Source of the DNA: a virus
Reading direction: 5' to 3' (one strand)
Length of the DNA stretch: 64,000 nucleotides
Virus record (IMG/VR): IMGVR_UViG_3300031452_000163
The stretch's first letter is position 1. Every line of letters starts with the position of its first letter. Below, piece by piece: positions 46,365 to 53,848 of the stretch. A program made the translations under genes and the position numbers. The notes beneath the pieces were generated by a model. That model was not told where the DNA came from and searched no databases. It worked only from the letters and a program-made list of their open reading frames with translations.

Positions 46365-46475
46365 TTAATGGCTATTGCGGCTCAAGCGAGCAATGCAGAC
46401 CGCGATGACGACCTGCATCAGGAACATGAGTCCAACAGCAACAGCCAGGAGCAGGCGCGCGGTGTCTTCGCCCAT
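46365..46475 (-). CDS. 36-aa single-TM micropeptide
   Basis: TGATG coupling; MGEDTARLLLAVAVGLMFLMQVVIAVCIARL. Confidence 0.45.
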   Translation of the reverse strand: MGEDTARLLLAVAVGLMFLMQVVIAVCIARLSRNSH

Positions 46476-46576
46476 CAGGCCAGTGCCGCGCGAACCATAC
46501 ACCAGGCCCAGTAGCCAAGAGACGCAATCGCCAGCACCGGCCAGGCAAGAGTCAGAGCGGAATCAAAGCCAATCAT
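46475..46576 (-). CDS. 33-aa single-TM micropeptide
   Basis: ATGA coupling to the 3D gene; MIGFDSALTLAWPVLAIASLGYWAWCMVRA. Confidence 0.45.
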   Translation of the reverse strand: MIGFDSALTLAWPVLAIASLGYWAWCMVRAALA

Positions 46577-47040
46577 CGGTACACCGTCACAGTCTGATAG
46601 TGAGTCGGGAGCGGGATCCCGAATATGTCCACATGAAAAAAAGGTCGGAATCCTATACGGTCCCCACATGTAAACAGGCCATATCCGGCGATAAAAACAC
46701 GGGCCCCAAGTGCGACATCGTAGCCACATGCAGCCCACCCGATGGACGGGTAAATGCCATTTGCCATGGGCGATCCAGTAGCGGCATACCACGTAATCCA
46801 CCAAGTTTGCTGATACCCTGCCGCTCTGGCCGGCTGACCGCCATTTGTTTTGTTTCTATTTTTTATAGTTCCGCGGACAATTTGCCGCTTGAAGCCGTAC
46901 CTATGTGGATGCAGCACTCGACAGTGCGGCCAGCAGTGCGCCACGACCGAAACAGCTGGCCGGCCAGGATACGCGTCAGCGCGGCCCGGCCAGAATACGG
47001 CCAGTATCATGGCGGCTGCCAACATGAGTTGTGAGCGAAT
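46573..47040 (-). CDS. secreted 3D-domain (double-psi beta-barrel) cell-wall protein
   Basis: Signal peptide; ITWY..MANG..LGARVFIAGYG..CGDR..VDIF; start ATT 47040 or ATG 47025. Confidence 0.75.
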   Translation of the reverse strand: MRSQLMLAAAMILAVFWPGRADAYPGRPAVSVVAHCWPHCRVLHPHRYGFKRQIVRGTIKNRNKTNGGQPARAAGYQQTWWITWYAATGSPMANGIYPSIGWAACGYDVALGARVFIAGYGLFTCGDRIGFRPFFHVDIFGIPLPTHYQTVTVYR

Positions 47041-47059
47041 AGAGCGCCTCCAGTGCCAC

Positions 47060-47190
47060 GAAAAACGAAGGCCCGGCGGAGCTACACTCCAACCGGGCAC
47101 GGATTCGCAAGCACAAAAAATGCGCGCCGGTTTCGACGCGCTGTCGTGAGGCTACACCTCAACTCCTTAGAGTAACATACCCGCTAAACC
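47060..47190 (-). promoter_or_regulatory. structured late leader: two UGUAG-loop hairpins and two terminators
   Basis: GAGG-TGTAG-CCTC (47160-47148), GGAG-TGTAG-CTCC (47090-47078), GCGCG..CGCGC-T6. Confidence 0.5.
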
Positions 47191-47390
47191 GAAGAATACG
47201 ACACTCCGCCCACTCCCTCTGAATCGAGCTGGACGCCAACTATCGTACAGCAAAAGCCGCAATCGTAATCGCAAGTCACTTCGATATCGACAGCCTGCCC
47301 GGCGAACTTTGGATAGCGGATTTTGCCCTGGCATAGCCGGGCAGGTTCAGGTCCGACATGGCAAAGCTTTTTCATCGTCATTCCTCTCAT
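47184..47390 (-). CDS. small Cys-rich protein
   Basis: Coupled ORF. Confidence 0.45.
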   Translation of the reverse strand: MRGMTMKKLCHVGPEPARLCQGKIRYPKFAGQAVDIEVTCDYDCGFCCTIVGVQLDSEGVGGVSYSSV

Positions 47391-47575
47391 TTTTCCTGCA
47401 TCAGCCTCACGACAACCTCATAGGGCGGCACCGGAAAGAAGCGCGGCTCTACGACTATCACGCCACATGATTCGCACGTATAGACACGCCACCTCTTCAG
47501 GTCTCCACTATAAATCGACTCGGTATATCCCATGGCCACAACCTCGAAATCATTCGTGCATCTCGGACAAATCAT
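47387..47575 (-). CDS. zinc-ribbon protein
   Basis: CPRC..CESC. Confidence 0.6.
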   Translation of the reverse strand: MICPRCTNDFEVVAMGYTESIYSGDLKRWRVYTCESCGVIVVEPRFFPVPPYEVVVRLMQEK

Positions 47576-48230
47576 GGCCTTCCTCCTCCTCGTCAGTATT
47601 CCTCAAGGAAATAGCCGCTACCTCTTCCCGCTCTCGCTTCCTCTCTGCGATCACCTCCGTCGGCACTTCCTCTCGGTTATCGTCCCGCACCTGCCGGCGA
47701 CGGCGCACCGCATACCAGTAACCATCACCCAACACAGCGCGACCACGACTCGCCAGGTGCTCTACCCGATCCACCGTAATATGCTGCATCTCCGCTATCT
47801 GCTCCTGGCGGTAGCCGTGCTCTCGTAGCTCCAGTACCGTGGATACCTCCGGGGAATGCACTCGCAGCCAAGCCAGGCGCGCATCATCACCTCGCGCCTC
47901 TCTCCACTCCTCCGGCGCAACGAACTGCCGGCCACGGCGCACTAACCGCTGGGCCGTGCGTACCGACACTCCCATAGCCGCCGCTATCTGCGCCATGCCA
48001 TGTTTGGCCTGATGCAGCGTGTACGCGCGAGAGGCTCGCGGGTCAAACTCCTGCAATCGCAGCAACTGTTCCGCCGGACTCCATCCACACCGGGCATGAT
48101 CGAGGTAACGCACGAACTCACCGCTCAACTCCGGGCCGACGATGGTATTCTGATGCCGATCCGCCGACGCGGGGCCTTCAGCCGGAGCACGGCCAACCGT
48201 GAGCCGCATGGGTATATCCGTGGTGCTCAT
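47550..48230 (-). CDS. tandem sigma70 region-4-like HTH regulator (probable late activator/antiterminator)
   Basis: GMAQIAAAMGVSVRTAQRLVRRGR and GYRQEQIAEMQHITVDRVEHLASRGR; sits just before the late operon. Confidence 0.7.
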   Translation of the reverse strand: MSTTDIPMRLTVGRAPAEGPASADRHQNTIVGPELSGEFVRYLDHARCGWSPAEQLLRLQEFDPRASRAYTLHQAKHGMAQIAAAMGVSVRTAQRLVRRGRQFVAPEEWREARGDDARLAWLRVHSPEVSTVLELREHGYRQEQIAEMQHITVDRVEHLASRGRAVLGDGYWYAVRRRRQVRDDNREEVPTEVIAERKREREEVAAISLRNTDEEEEGHDLSEMHE

Positions 48231-48415
48231 GCTGCCACCTCCTCAACATCCGTCACCGCATGGCACCAGACATGATGCCAGCCAACCTCGCGAAACACGA
48301 CTATCACCGCTATCTGCGCCGCGGTGAGACCGCCACAAGCCGCAACTCTGACAACGTGCGTGGCCTCTGTCTCCTGGTTGTGAACCGTAACCCGATACCA
48401 CTGCTCAGCGTTCAC
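48227..48415 (-). CDS. hypothetical protein
   Basis: Coupled ORF. Confidence 0.5.
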   Translation of the reverse strand: MNAEQWYRVTVHNQETEATHVVRVAACGGLTAAQIAVIVVFREVGWHHVWCHAVTDVEEVAA

Positions 48416-48810
48416 CTGGTCACCTCACGCCGCGCCGGTATCTCGCGTGGCTGATGCGCGAGGCCCGCCAAGTCCTGGTGTCCATCGCTACGGCAAGTGA
48501 CGGTATCAAACCGCTCGAACATCCACTGGGCCTGCTCAGCACTCAGCCAATCAAACGTGACCACGCCCAAACGCAGCATGTCCAGCGCGTGGTCCGTGAG
48601 CGGAAAACTGTCGAGCCGATAGCCACATTGCAGTCGCAGCTCGATATCCTCGATATCGAAAAACGCCGCCAACGAACGACCCTCTCGGCATCGTTTGCCG
48701 GTACACCGCCAGGCGTTGCGACCGTCCCACAGCAACACGCCACGCTCGCAAATGAAACAACGCATCAGCCATTCGGGCAATGGCAACATAAATCCCTGGT
48801 AGCGGATCAT
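48412..48810 (-). CDS. hypothetical protein with Cys pairs
   Basis: Coupled ORF. Confidence 0.5.
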   Translation of the reverse strand: MIRYQGFMLPLPEWLMRCFICERGVLLWDGRNAWRCTGKRCREGRSLAAFFDIEDIELRLQCGYRLDSFPLTDHALDMLRLGVVTFDWLSAEQAQWMFERFDTVTCRSDGHQDLAGLAHQPREIPARREVTR

Positions 48811-49286
48811 CGGGGCTGTATCGGGTCACCAAACGACCAGTCGTAGACCGGACAGCCACCACAGCTCTTTACGCCATGCAGGACTTTGTATAAGCCCTTA
48901 TCCTCCGTCGGGCAGGAAAACAGTGGCGACCGCAACTGAAACAGCAGTGGATAGAGCATCGTTGGATGCTGATCCGCCCACACCACATCGTGACGTGTCG
49001 TAAGCATGGCCAGACAGCTATAGGCACGTGCAACGTCACCAAACAACGCAGTGAATTGGGAGTCAAACGGCCAGGCCGCAAACGTATCGCAGCAGGCATC
49101 AGAGCAGAGAGGAAACGCGGATCGCTCAGAGTGCGTCCCGCCGTACACGTGTCGCTTCCAGACCTGCACCTCACGGCCTTTCTCGTACCGAGTCTGTGGT
49201 GCGCGATTTGTTCCGCAGACTAGACACACGTAGTCGGCCCCGGTGGGCTTGTCGAGCATGGCTACTCCCACCGGTGACCACAACAC
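48807..49286 (-). CDS. hypothetical Cys-rich protein
   Basis: CLVC..CSDACC; coupled ORF. Confidence 0.5.
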   Translation of the reverse strand: MLWSPVGVAMLDKPTGADYVCLVCGTNRAPQTRYEKGREVQVWKRHVYGGTHSERSAFPLCSDACCDTFAAWPFDSQFTALFGDVARAYSCLAMLTTRHDVVWADQHPTMLYPLLFQLRSPLFSCPTEDKGLYKVLHGVKSCGGCPVYDWSFGDPIQPR

Positions 49287-49468
49287 ATGCAGTGCATGTG
49301 GTTGTTCAGATCACGGACGTAGCGGTGTCCGGTACGATGCAGACAATCGTACACATCGGTTGGGCGGTACGGATGTTTGGCGGTAAGCGCCGGCGGGAGC
49401 GCATCGTTTTCGTCGCCCTGGTCGGCATGGGGATGAAGGTAATTCACGGTTGATCTCCCTGCGGTCAA
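49262..49468 (-). CDS. small Zn-ribbon-like protein
   Basis: CLHRTGH..CMCCG. Confidence 0.45.
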   Translation of the reverse strand: MTAGRSTVNYLHPHADQGDENDALPPALTAKHPYRPTDVYDCLHRTGHRYVRDLNNHMHCMCCGHRWE

Positions 49469-49521
49469 CTGTTGCCAAGCACACCCTCCACTACGCTACT
49501 AATTCAAAAGCAACGATGAAC

Positions 49522-49716
49522 TTACTCCGAGAAGATGATTCCCTTTTCAGCCCACATAAAGACCTCTTCTAACTTCGTAACGGCGACGGATCTCCTCCGA
49601 TTATCGGGCAAAACAGATAATATGTCCATTAAAGCCACGCACCCTGCCCGAACACTCTTGATGTTTTCTCTCTGCGATTCAGTTGGTTCCCGGACCTCAA
49701 GCGGATCAGCGTACAT
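49522..49716 (-). CDS. Acb2/Tad1-like helical hairpin (candidate cyclic-nucleotide sponge)
   Basis: PTESQRENIKSVR..LPDNRRRSVAVTKLEEVFMWAEKGI resembles T4 Vs.4/Acb2 (AKTKLKEASMWA); AGGAGG SD. Confidence 0.7.
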   Translation of the reverse strand: MYADPLEVREPTESQRENIKSVRAGCVALMDILSVLPDNRRRSVAVTKLEEVFMWAEKGIIFSE

Positions 49717-49888
49717 GCGTTTCCTCCTTCACGGGCATCTCACCCCATAGTTTCGCGTCGAACGCTCGCAACCGTGCCCATCTGCACGTTTCGCGTCCAT
49801 CTGGCCCCAGCGACTTTTCTTCGATTGGATGGAACCGTCCTCTTTCCTCAGCGCCCATGTGGTCCATGATTTCCTTTGCCTGATGCAT
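49706..49888 (-). CDS. hypothetical protein
   Basis: AAGGAG SD. Confidence 0.45.
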   Translation of the reverse strand: MHQAKEIMDHMGAEERGRFHPIEEKSLGPDGRETCRWARLRAFDAKLWGEMPVKEETHVR

Positions 49889-49964
49889 GACTCAATACTC
49901 CTTCGATTTATTCATTATGGTCAAGTCTAAACGGTCTACACTCCGTCGATGAAAAACATAGCAA

Positions 49965-50351
49965 TCAATTCAGGCATGTAGCCGTCACCCAGACTTGGAA
50001 ATGCTGGTCTCTCTTTGCTGGCGTGACAACCTTTTGTGCACGAAAATCAAATACATAGCGATCATCAACCCCCAAGCGACGACAGAGCACATCCTGTATG
50101 ACTTTCGAGCCGGAGTCAACATCGCGTGGTTCAGGGATATGCATCACCAGGTGGATGGCAAGCGTCCAATTACCAGGCGGTAGCGGTTTCCAGCCAGCAG
50201 CCATCAAGAGATCGTAGGCGTTCTGTTTCCACTGTTTCACCGGGGGGTTCGAGTAGAAACGTTTTTGCGCGGCGTTGAAGGCATAGGTGCGGTTAATCGA
50301 CGGCGGGAGCGGGAGCGTTGCGGTGAAAGGTTCTAGAGAAAACTCGATCAT
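49965..50351 (-). CDS. rusA: RusA-family Holliday junction resolvase
   Basis: LPLPPSIN..RDVDSGSKVIQDVL..GVDDRYV. Confidence 0.85.
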   Translation of the reverse strand: MIEFSLEPFTATLPLPPSINRTYAFNAAQKRFYSNPPVKQWKQNAYDLLMAAGWKPLPPGNWTLAIHLVMHIPEPRDVDSGSKVIQDVLCRRLGVDDRYVFDFRAQKVVTPAKRDQHFQVWVTATCLN

Positions 50352-50358
50352 GACCCCG

Positions 50359-50874
50359 CTATGACAGATGAGATTGAACATGGGAGACCATGGCCTGGAT
50401 ATCAACATCGTGAGACTCAAGCATATCCCACCAATCGCGTGAACGGAGCAGCTTTATCCATTCTCGATGACAGATCGAGCAAGATATACTCACCGGCTTA
50501 TAGATATCGTTGTTTTCATCGTCCACCGGCGAATGGAATTGCAGCGCCGGAAGCGCCGCGTCCTCAATCGGCGAAGACGCCTCATCATTGACTGGAAAAT
50601 CCGCATCAACAAAAGCCCAAGCGCGCTTCTTGATATCGTCGTCTACTCGATAGAAATGACGACGATATGTGCATACATAGTGTGTCGACGGCTGGTTTAT
50701 CGGTAGACCGTAAAATCCTTCATCTCCACAAGTCGGACAGGTTAACGGTAACCCATCAATTGCTTGCCGCATTAATGCTACGCACTCGAACACGGACAGT
50801 GGCAACCCGCCGTATTCATCCCTTACCGTCATCCCGTCTCCTACGGCCTCCATGGCAGCGCATGGCGTGGTCAA
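50359..50874 (-). CDS. hypothetical protein with Zn-ribbon motifs
   Basis: CPTC, CSIC; coupled ORF. Confidence 0.5.
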   Translation of the reverse strand: MTTPCAAMEAVGDGMTVRDEYGGLPLSVFECVALMRQAIDGLPLTCPTCGDEGFYGLPINQPSTHYVCTYRRHFYRVDDDIKKRAWAFVDADFPVNDEASSPIEDAALPALQFHSPVDDENNDIYKPVSISCSICHREWIKLLRSRDWWDMLESHDVDIQAMVSHVQSHLS

Positions 50875-51155
50875 GATAGTCTCGTACGCTCTTCGTCCAA
50901 AAATCGCATTGCCTCGCGCAATCCAGCGGCCTTGCCACGTAGATAGTCAGAGTCCTCAAAATTACCCGAATTATCGCTACCGACTGCGTTGAAGTTCATG
51001 CGACTGACCGCATTGACAACGCAATCTCGCTCAGTTTCTGGCACTGGCAACAACTGACCAGTGTGCACTATGGAATTCATCTCAATCCACCCTCCACAGG
51101 AGCGAAATACTGCTAGAGTATCGCGCCGAAACGTGACGAGTGTCAAATATAACAC
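50871..51155 (-). CDS. hypothetical protein
   Basis: GGAG SD; YLRGKAAGLREAM motif. Confidence 0.5.
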   Translation of the reverse strand: MLYLTLVTFRRDTLAVFRSCGGWIEMNSIVHTGQLLPVPETERDCVVNAVSRMNFNAVGSDNSGNFEDSDYLRGKAAGLREAMRFLDEERTRLS

Positions 51156-51235
51156 CCGTTAGAGCGGAGACAGGGCGGCGGCGACTCGACAATAAATACG
51201 ACAAATTCGCTGAAAACTCGGACCGAAACACTCGC

Positions 51236-51263
51236 TATATTCTATGGATATCTGTATAATATA
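51236..51263 (+). promoter_or_regulatory. 28-bp imperfect palindromic operator overlapping a TATAAT -10 box
   Basis: TATATTCTATGGATATCTGTATAATATA is 22/28 self-complementary; TATAAT at 51255-51260. Confidence 0.7.
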
Positions 51264-51296
51264 GGTATCAGAACACAACAGAGAGAGGAACCACCA

Positions 51297-51665
51297 ATGA
51301 CCACCGAGACCGCAACCGAAACAACCATCTCCAGCCGCTCACGCAATCTTGGCTACGGCTGGACCAATCAACCACGCCAGTACCGCAACAGTCGCGGCGA
51401 TAGTCTCCTGAGCGTCTCACGCTCTACAGGCCCGGATGTCAGCGGCGGTCTGAAAACAATCCTCACCGAGCGGGCGCGGGCACAACGCGGCAACGCGGGC
51501 AACGACTGGAGCGAGGCGCTGTTCGTCGCCGGGCGTCGCATCGCGTACGCCACCAGCGACACGACATACATCTACAATGGCAACTCCCACGCCTCTGTAG
51601 GAGACATCATCCTGGCACTGCGAGAGGGACACACGGTCGCCGTCCGCCTGGAGCACCCCGAGTGA
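51297..51665 (+). CDS. 122-aa orphan protein, candidate anti-CRISPR/anti-defence
   Basis: GAGGA SD; first gene of the cassette, GTGA-coupled to cse2-HTH; function inferred from context only. Confidence 0.6.
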   Translation: MTTETATETTISSRSRNLGYGWTNQPRQYRNSRGDSLLSVSRSTGPDVSGGLKTILTERARAQRGNAGNDWSEALFVAGRRIAYATSDTTYIYNGNSHASVGDIILALREGHTVAVRLEHPE

Positions 51666-52318
51666 CCACCGCCGCATTCCTCGACGCCCTGAGCCAGCTC
51701 TCACGACGAGAGCTGGCCCTCATCAAAAAGAGCAGCGGGGAGGCGATCCCCCCAGGCACCGCGTTGGAGATACCCGAAGGCGCGGACGAACGCCCCTATG
51801 GAATGGTGGCCTTCCTGTACGCCCGCTATCCGGTTGTAGCCGGGGAACGTGGAGACCTGGGCGCACTCATGCGGGTAATCAACGTCCGTAATCCCGACCA
51901 GGGGGCCGAACAGCGATTTATGGAGATGCTCAATCGCGATCTCGACGGTCTCCGCAAACCGCTGGAATGGACGCTAGCCATGGCGGAGATAGAAAAACTC
52001 AGCGTTGACTGGGGCCAGCTCCTCGATGACCTCACCCACTGGGAGGAGCCGGACCGCCCGGTGCAGCGAGCATGGGCGCGATCGTTCTGGGGCCAAACTC
52101 TGCCAGACGACGATGACCCTGAGATGACCATGGCGGATGCAGTGGTCGCGTTTGGCCTCGATCCCGGCTATCAGCAGCAACTCAGCCGAGCCGCAGCTAC
52201 CGAACAGTTTTCAGCACGCCGCGTAGGGAGAGCGTGGGTCACTCGGCATTCAGCGATACAGGAGTGGTTGGAGAATCGAGCCGGCCCCGGTAAACGGGCG
52301 AAACGAGTCACAGAGTAG
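51662..52318 (+). CDS. cse2: orphan type I-E Cse2 (CasB/Cas11) fused to a C-terminal excisionase/MerR-like HTH
   Basis: FLDALSQL, YGMVAFLYA, GAEQRFMEML..D, VDWGQLLDDLTHWEEPDRPVQRAWARSFWG match Cse2; MTMADA..ARRVGRAWV..IQEWL is a winged HTH. Confidence 0.88.
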   Translation: MTTAAFLDALSQLSRRELALIKKSSGEAIPPGTALEIPEGADERPYGMVAFLYARYPVVAGERGDLGALMRVINVRNPDQGAEQRFMEMLNRDLDGLRKPLEWTLAMAEIEKLSVDWGQLLDDLTHWEEPDRPVQRAWARSFWGQTLPDDDDPEMTMADAVVAFGLDPGYQQQLSRAAATEQFSARRVGRAWVTRHSAIQEWLENRAGPGKRAKRVTE

Positions 52319-52351
52319 AAAAACGCGCCTAGCGGCAATGCATTAGGCGCG
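52319..52351. terminator. terminator between convergent operons
   Basis: CGCGCCTA..TAGGCGCG stem; T5 tract on the minus strand. Confidence 0.65.
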
Positions 52352-52472
52352 CCGTTTGGGACTCGGCCCAAACTCCCCTCAGTGTAAACAGAACCGCCGG
52401 TCGCTGGCCCAAAACGGGGCAACGACTGGCGGTTACTGCGCGTTATGAGCACCTGCTTGCAGACGCCTTAGT

Positions 52473-52613
52473 CTAGCGCGACCGCTGCCACTCCGTAACC
52501 CACTCAGGATGAATCCGCGGATCGCAGCTCATCCATGCCAGCAGCCGGTCGATGCGTGCCTGATAGGCGAGGCAGTGACGGAGGAAGGCACCCTCGCGGT
52601 CGTCAGGCGTCAC
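52473..52613 (-). CDS. 46-aa hypothetical protein
   Basis: GTGA coupling to the DUF4352 gene. Confidence 0.4.
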   Translation of the reverse strand: MTPDDREGAFLRHCLAYQARIDRLLAWMSCDPRIHPEWVTEWQRSR

Positions 52614-53347
52614 CCGTGGATGGTCCAGTTGGCCGTGAAATCTGATGGTTTGTAGATGATCGTCGCCGGTGCTCCCGAGGATATTTGGAAGACGATATCG
52701 CGCCGAATGGTGCCGCCAGGCGCAAGCGTCGTGCCAGACGAGCCGAGATCGTTGCTAGTCAGAGACGACGCGAATTCGGGGTTGGTGATAACGCCATTTG
52801 ACTGCGCCGTAAATCCGGTATCCGCCACATCGGTATTATCTGTTCGGTAGTTGTGAAAGGTCCAGTGAGTCACTGCGTATTCATTCCCCGGATGTGGCTT
52901 CTCAAATTCAGTCCCGCTAGAGAGCGTCACCCCAGTGAGTGTCACATCGAGATTATCCGGCACATGGATCAGTGACCCAACCCCAGCGGTCTTCGAGGTA
53001 GGCGGTGACGTCGGAGGTGGCGATGTCGGGAGAGGCCGACTCGTTGCAGATGGATGATTCGGAACAACCGCGCCAGTGTTTGGCGTTAAAGTGGAACTAC
53101 TGGAGCCTGATTTACTGCCACCGCCAATGGCCGTCGCGATAATCGCAATTACTACGATCAAGACAATCAGACCGAGGCAACCGATACCAGCCTTCCGAAA
53201 GAAGCCACCCTTTTTCTGCTGAACCACCACCACCGGCGTGGCTCCTGACTGATTGCCAGCCACCGGAAACGCCGTGTTGCACTTCTGGCAGACCACCGCG
53301 TCAGGCTTACTCTTCGCGCCACAGTTTGAACAAAACTTATCCGCCAT
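52610..53347 (-). CDS. zinc-ribbon + TM + DUF4352 protein (candidate superinfection exclusion)
   Basis: FCSNCG..CQKC; GCLGLIVLIVV TM; LDVTLTGV..YAVTHWTF.N..TLAPGG..DIVFQI. Confidence 0.8.
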   Translation of the reverse strand: MADKFCSNCGAKSKPDAVVCQKCNTAFPVAGNQSGATPVVVVQQKKGGFFRKAGIGCLGLIVLIVVIAIIATAIGGGSKSGSSSSTLTPNTGAVVPNHPSATSRPLPTSPPPTSPPTSKTAGVGSLIHVPDNLDVTLTGVTLSSGTEFEKPHPGNEYAVTHWTFHNYRTDNTDVADTGFTAQSNGVITNPEFASSLTSNDLGSSGTTLAPGGTIRRDIVFQISSGAPATIIYKPSDFTANWTIHG

Positions 53348-53350
53348 AGC

Positions 53351-53830
53351 CTAATGTCCGTAGCAGATATATTTAATGTCGATCCAGGCGAGCGACATAG
53401 CATACCTAGACGCATCAGCATCGGTTGCCGCCTGATCTTTCCAGAACGTAGAGGTATCGTCATACGACTGCTGAGAGTTTTGTTGATCCTCGTACGCCGC
53501 TTCTCCGGCCTTTGACATGGAGGTGGTCAGATCGGTCACGAGTTCGTACCACCCGTTCGGATCTCCGTAACGACCAGCCAGTGTACTTATTTGCTCAGGG
53601 ATAATCGACTGATCCCGTTGGGCATCGTCGATGTCAAACTCGTTCGGAGCGAGTTTGGCATGACTCGATGCCGCCTGAACCAACGACCACGCCTGATGCT
53701 TAAACTTGCATGCTTTGGACTGGCCCCGCTGTGTCGGCGCCGCGTGTGCAACGGTGCTTTGAGCGCCACCCATGAGCGGGATCGCGCCAAAAAACACTAT
53801 CGCTAGACCAATGTTTCGCATCATCTTCAT
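53351..53830 (-). CDS. secreted hypothetical protein
   Basis: Signal peptide ending AHA; GGAGGG SD. Confidence 0.6.
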   Translation of the reverse strand: MKMMRNIGLAIVFFGAIPLMGGAQSTVAHAAPTQRGQSKACKFKHQAWSLVQAASSHAKLAPNEFDIDDAQRDQSIIPEQISTLAGRYGDPNGWYELVTDLTTSMSKAGEAAYEDQQNSQQSYDDTSTFWKDQAATDADASRYAMSLAWIDIKYICYGH

Positions 53831-53848
53831 GTCGTCGCCCTCCGTTTC

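Noticed and set aside
46375-47034. 219-aa plus-strand ORF
   Set aside because: Shadow of the 3D-domain gene and micropeptides on the minus strand
52373-52400. CTCCCCTCAGTGTAAACAGAACCG as a solitary type I-E repeat (RNA anti-CRISPR)
   Set aside because: Shares only CTCCCC and a GAACCG end; lacks the internal CCCC/GGGG palindrome and has no second copy
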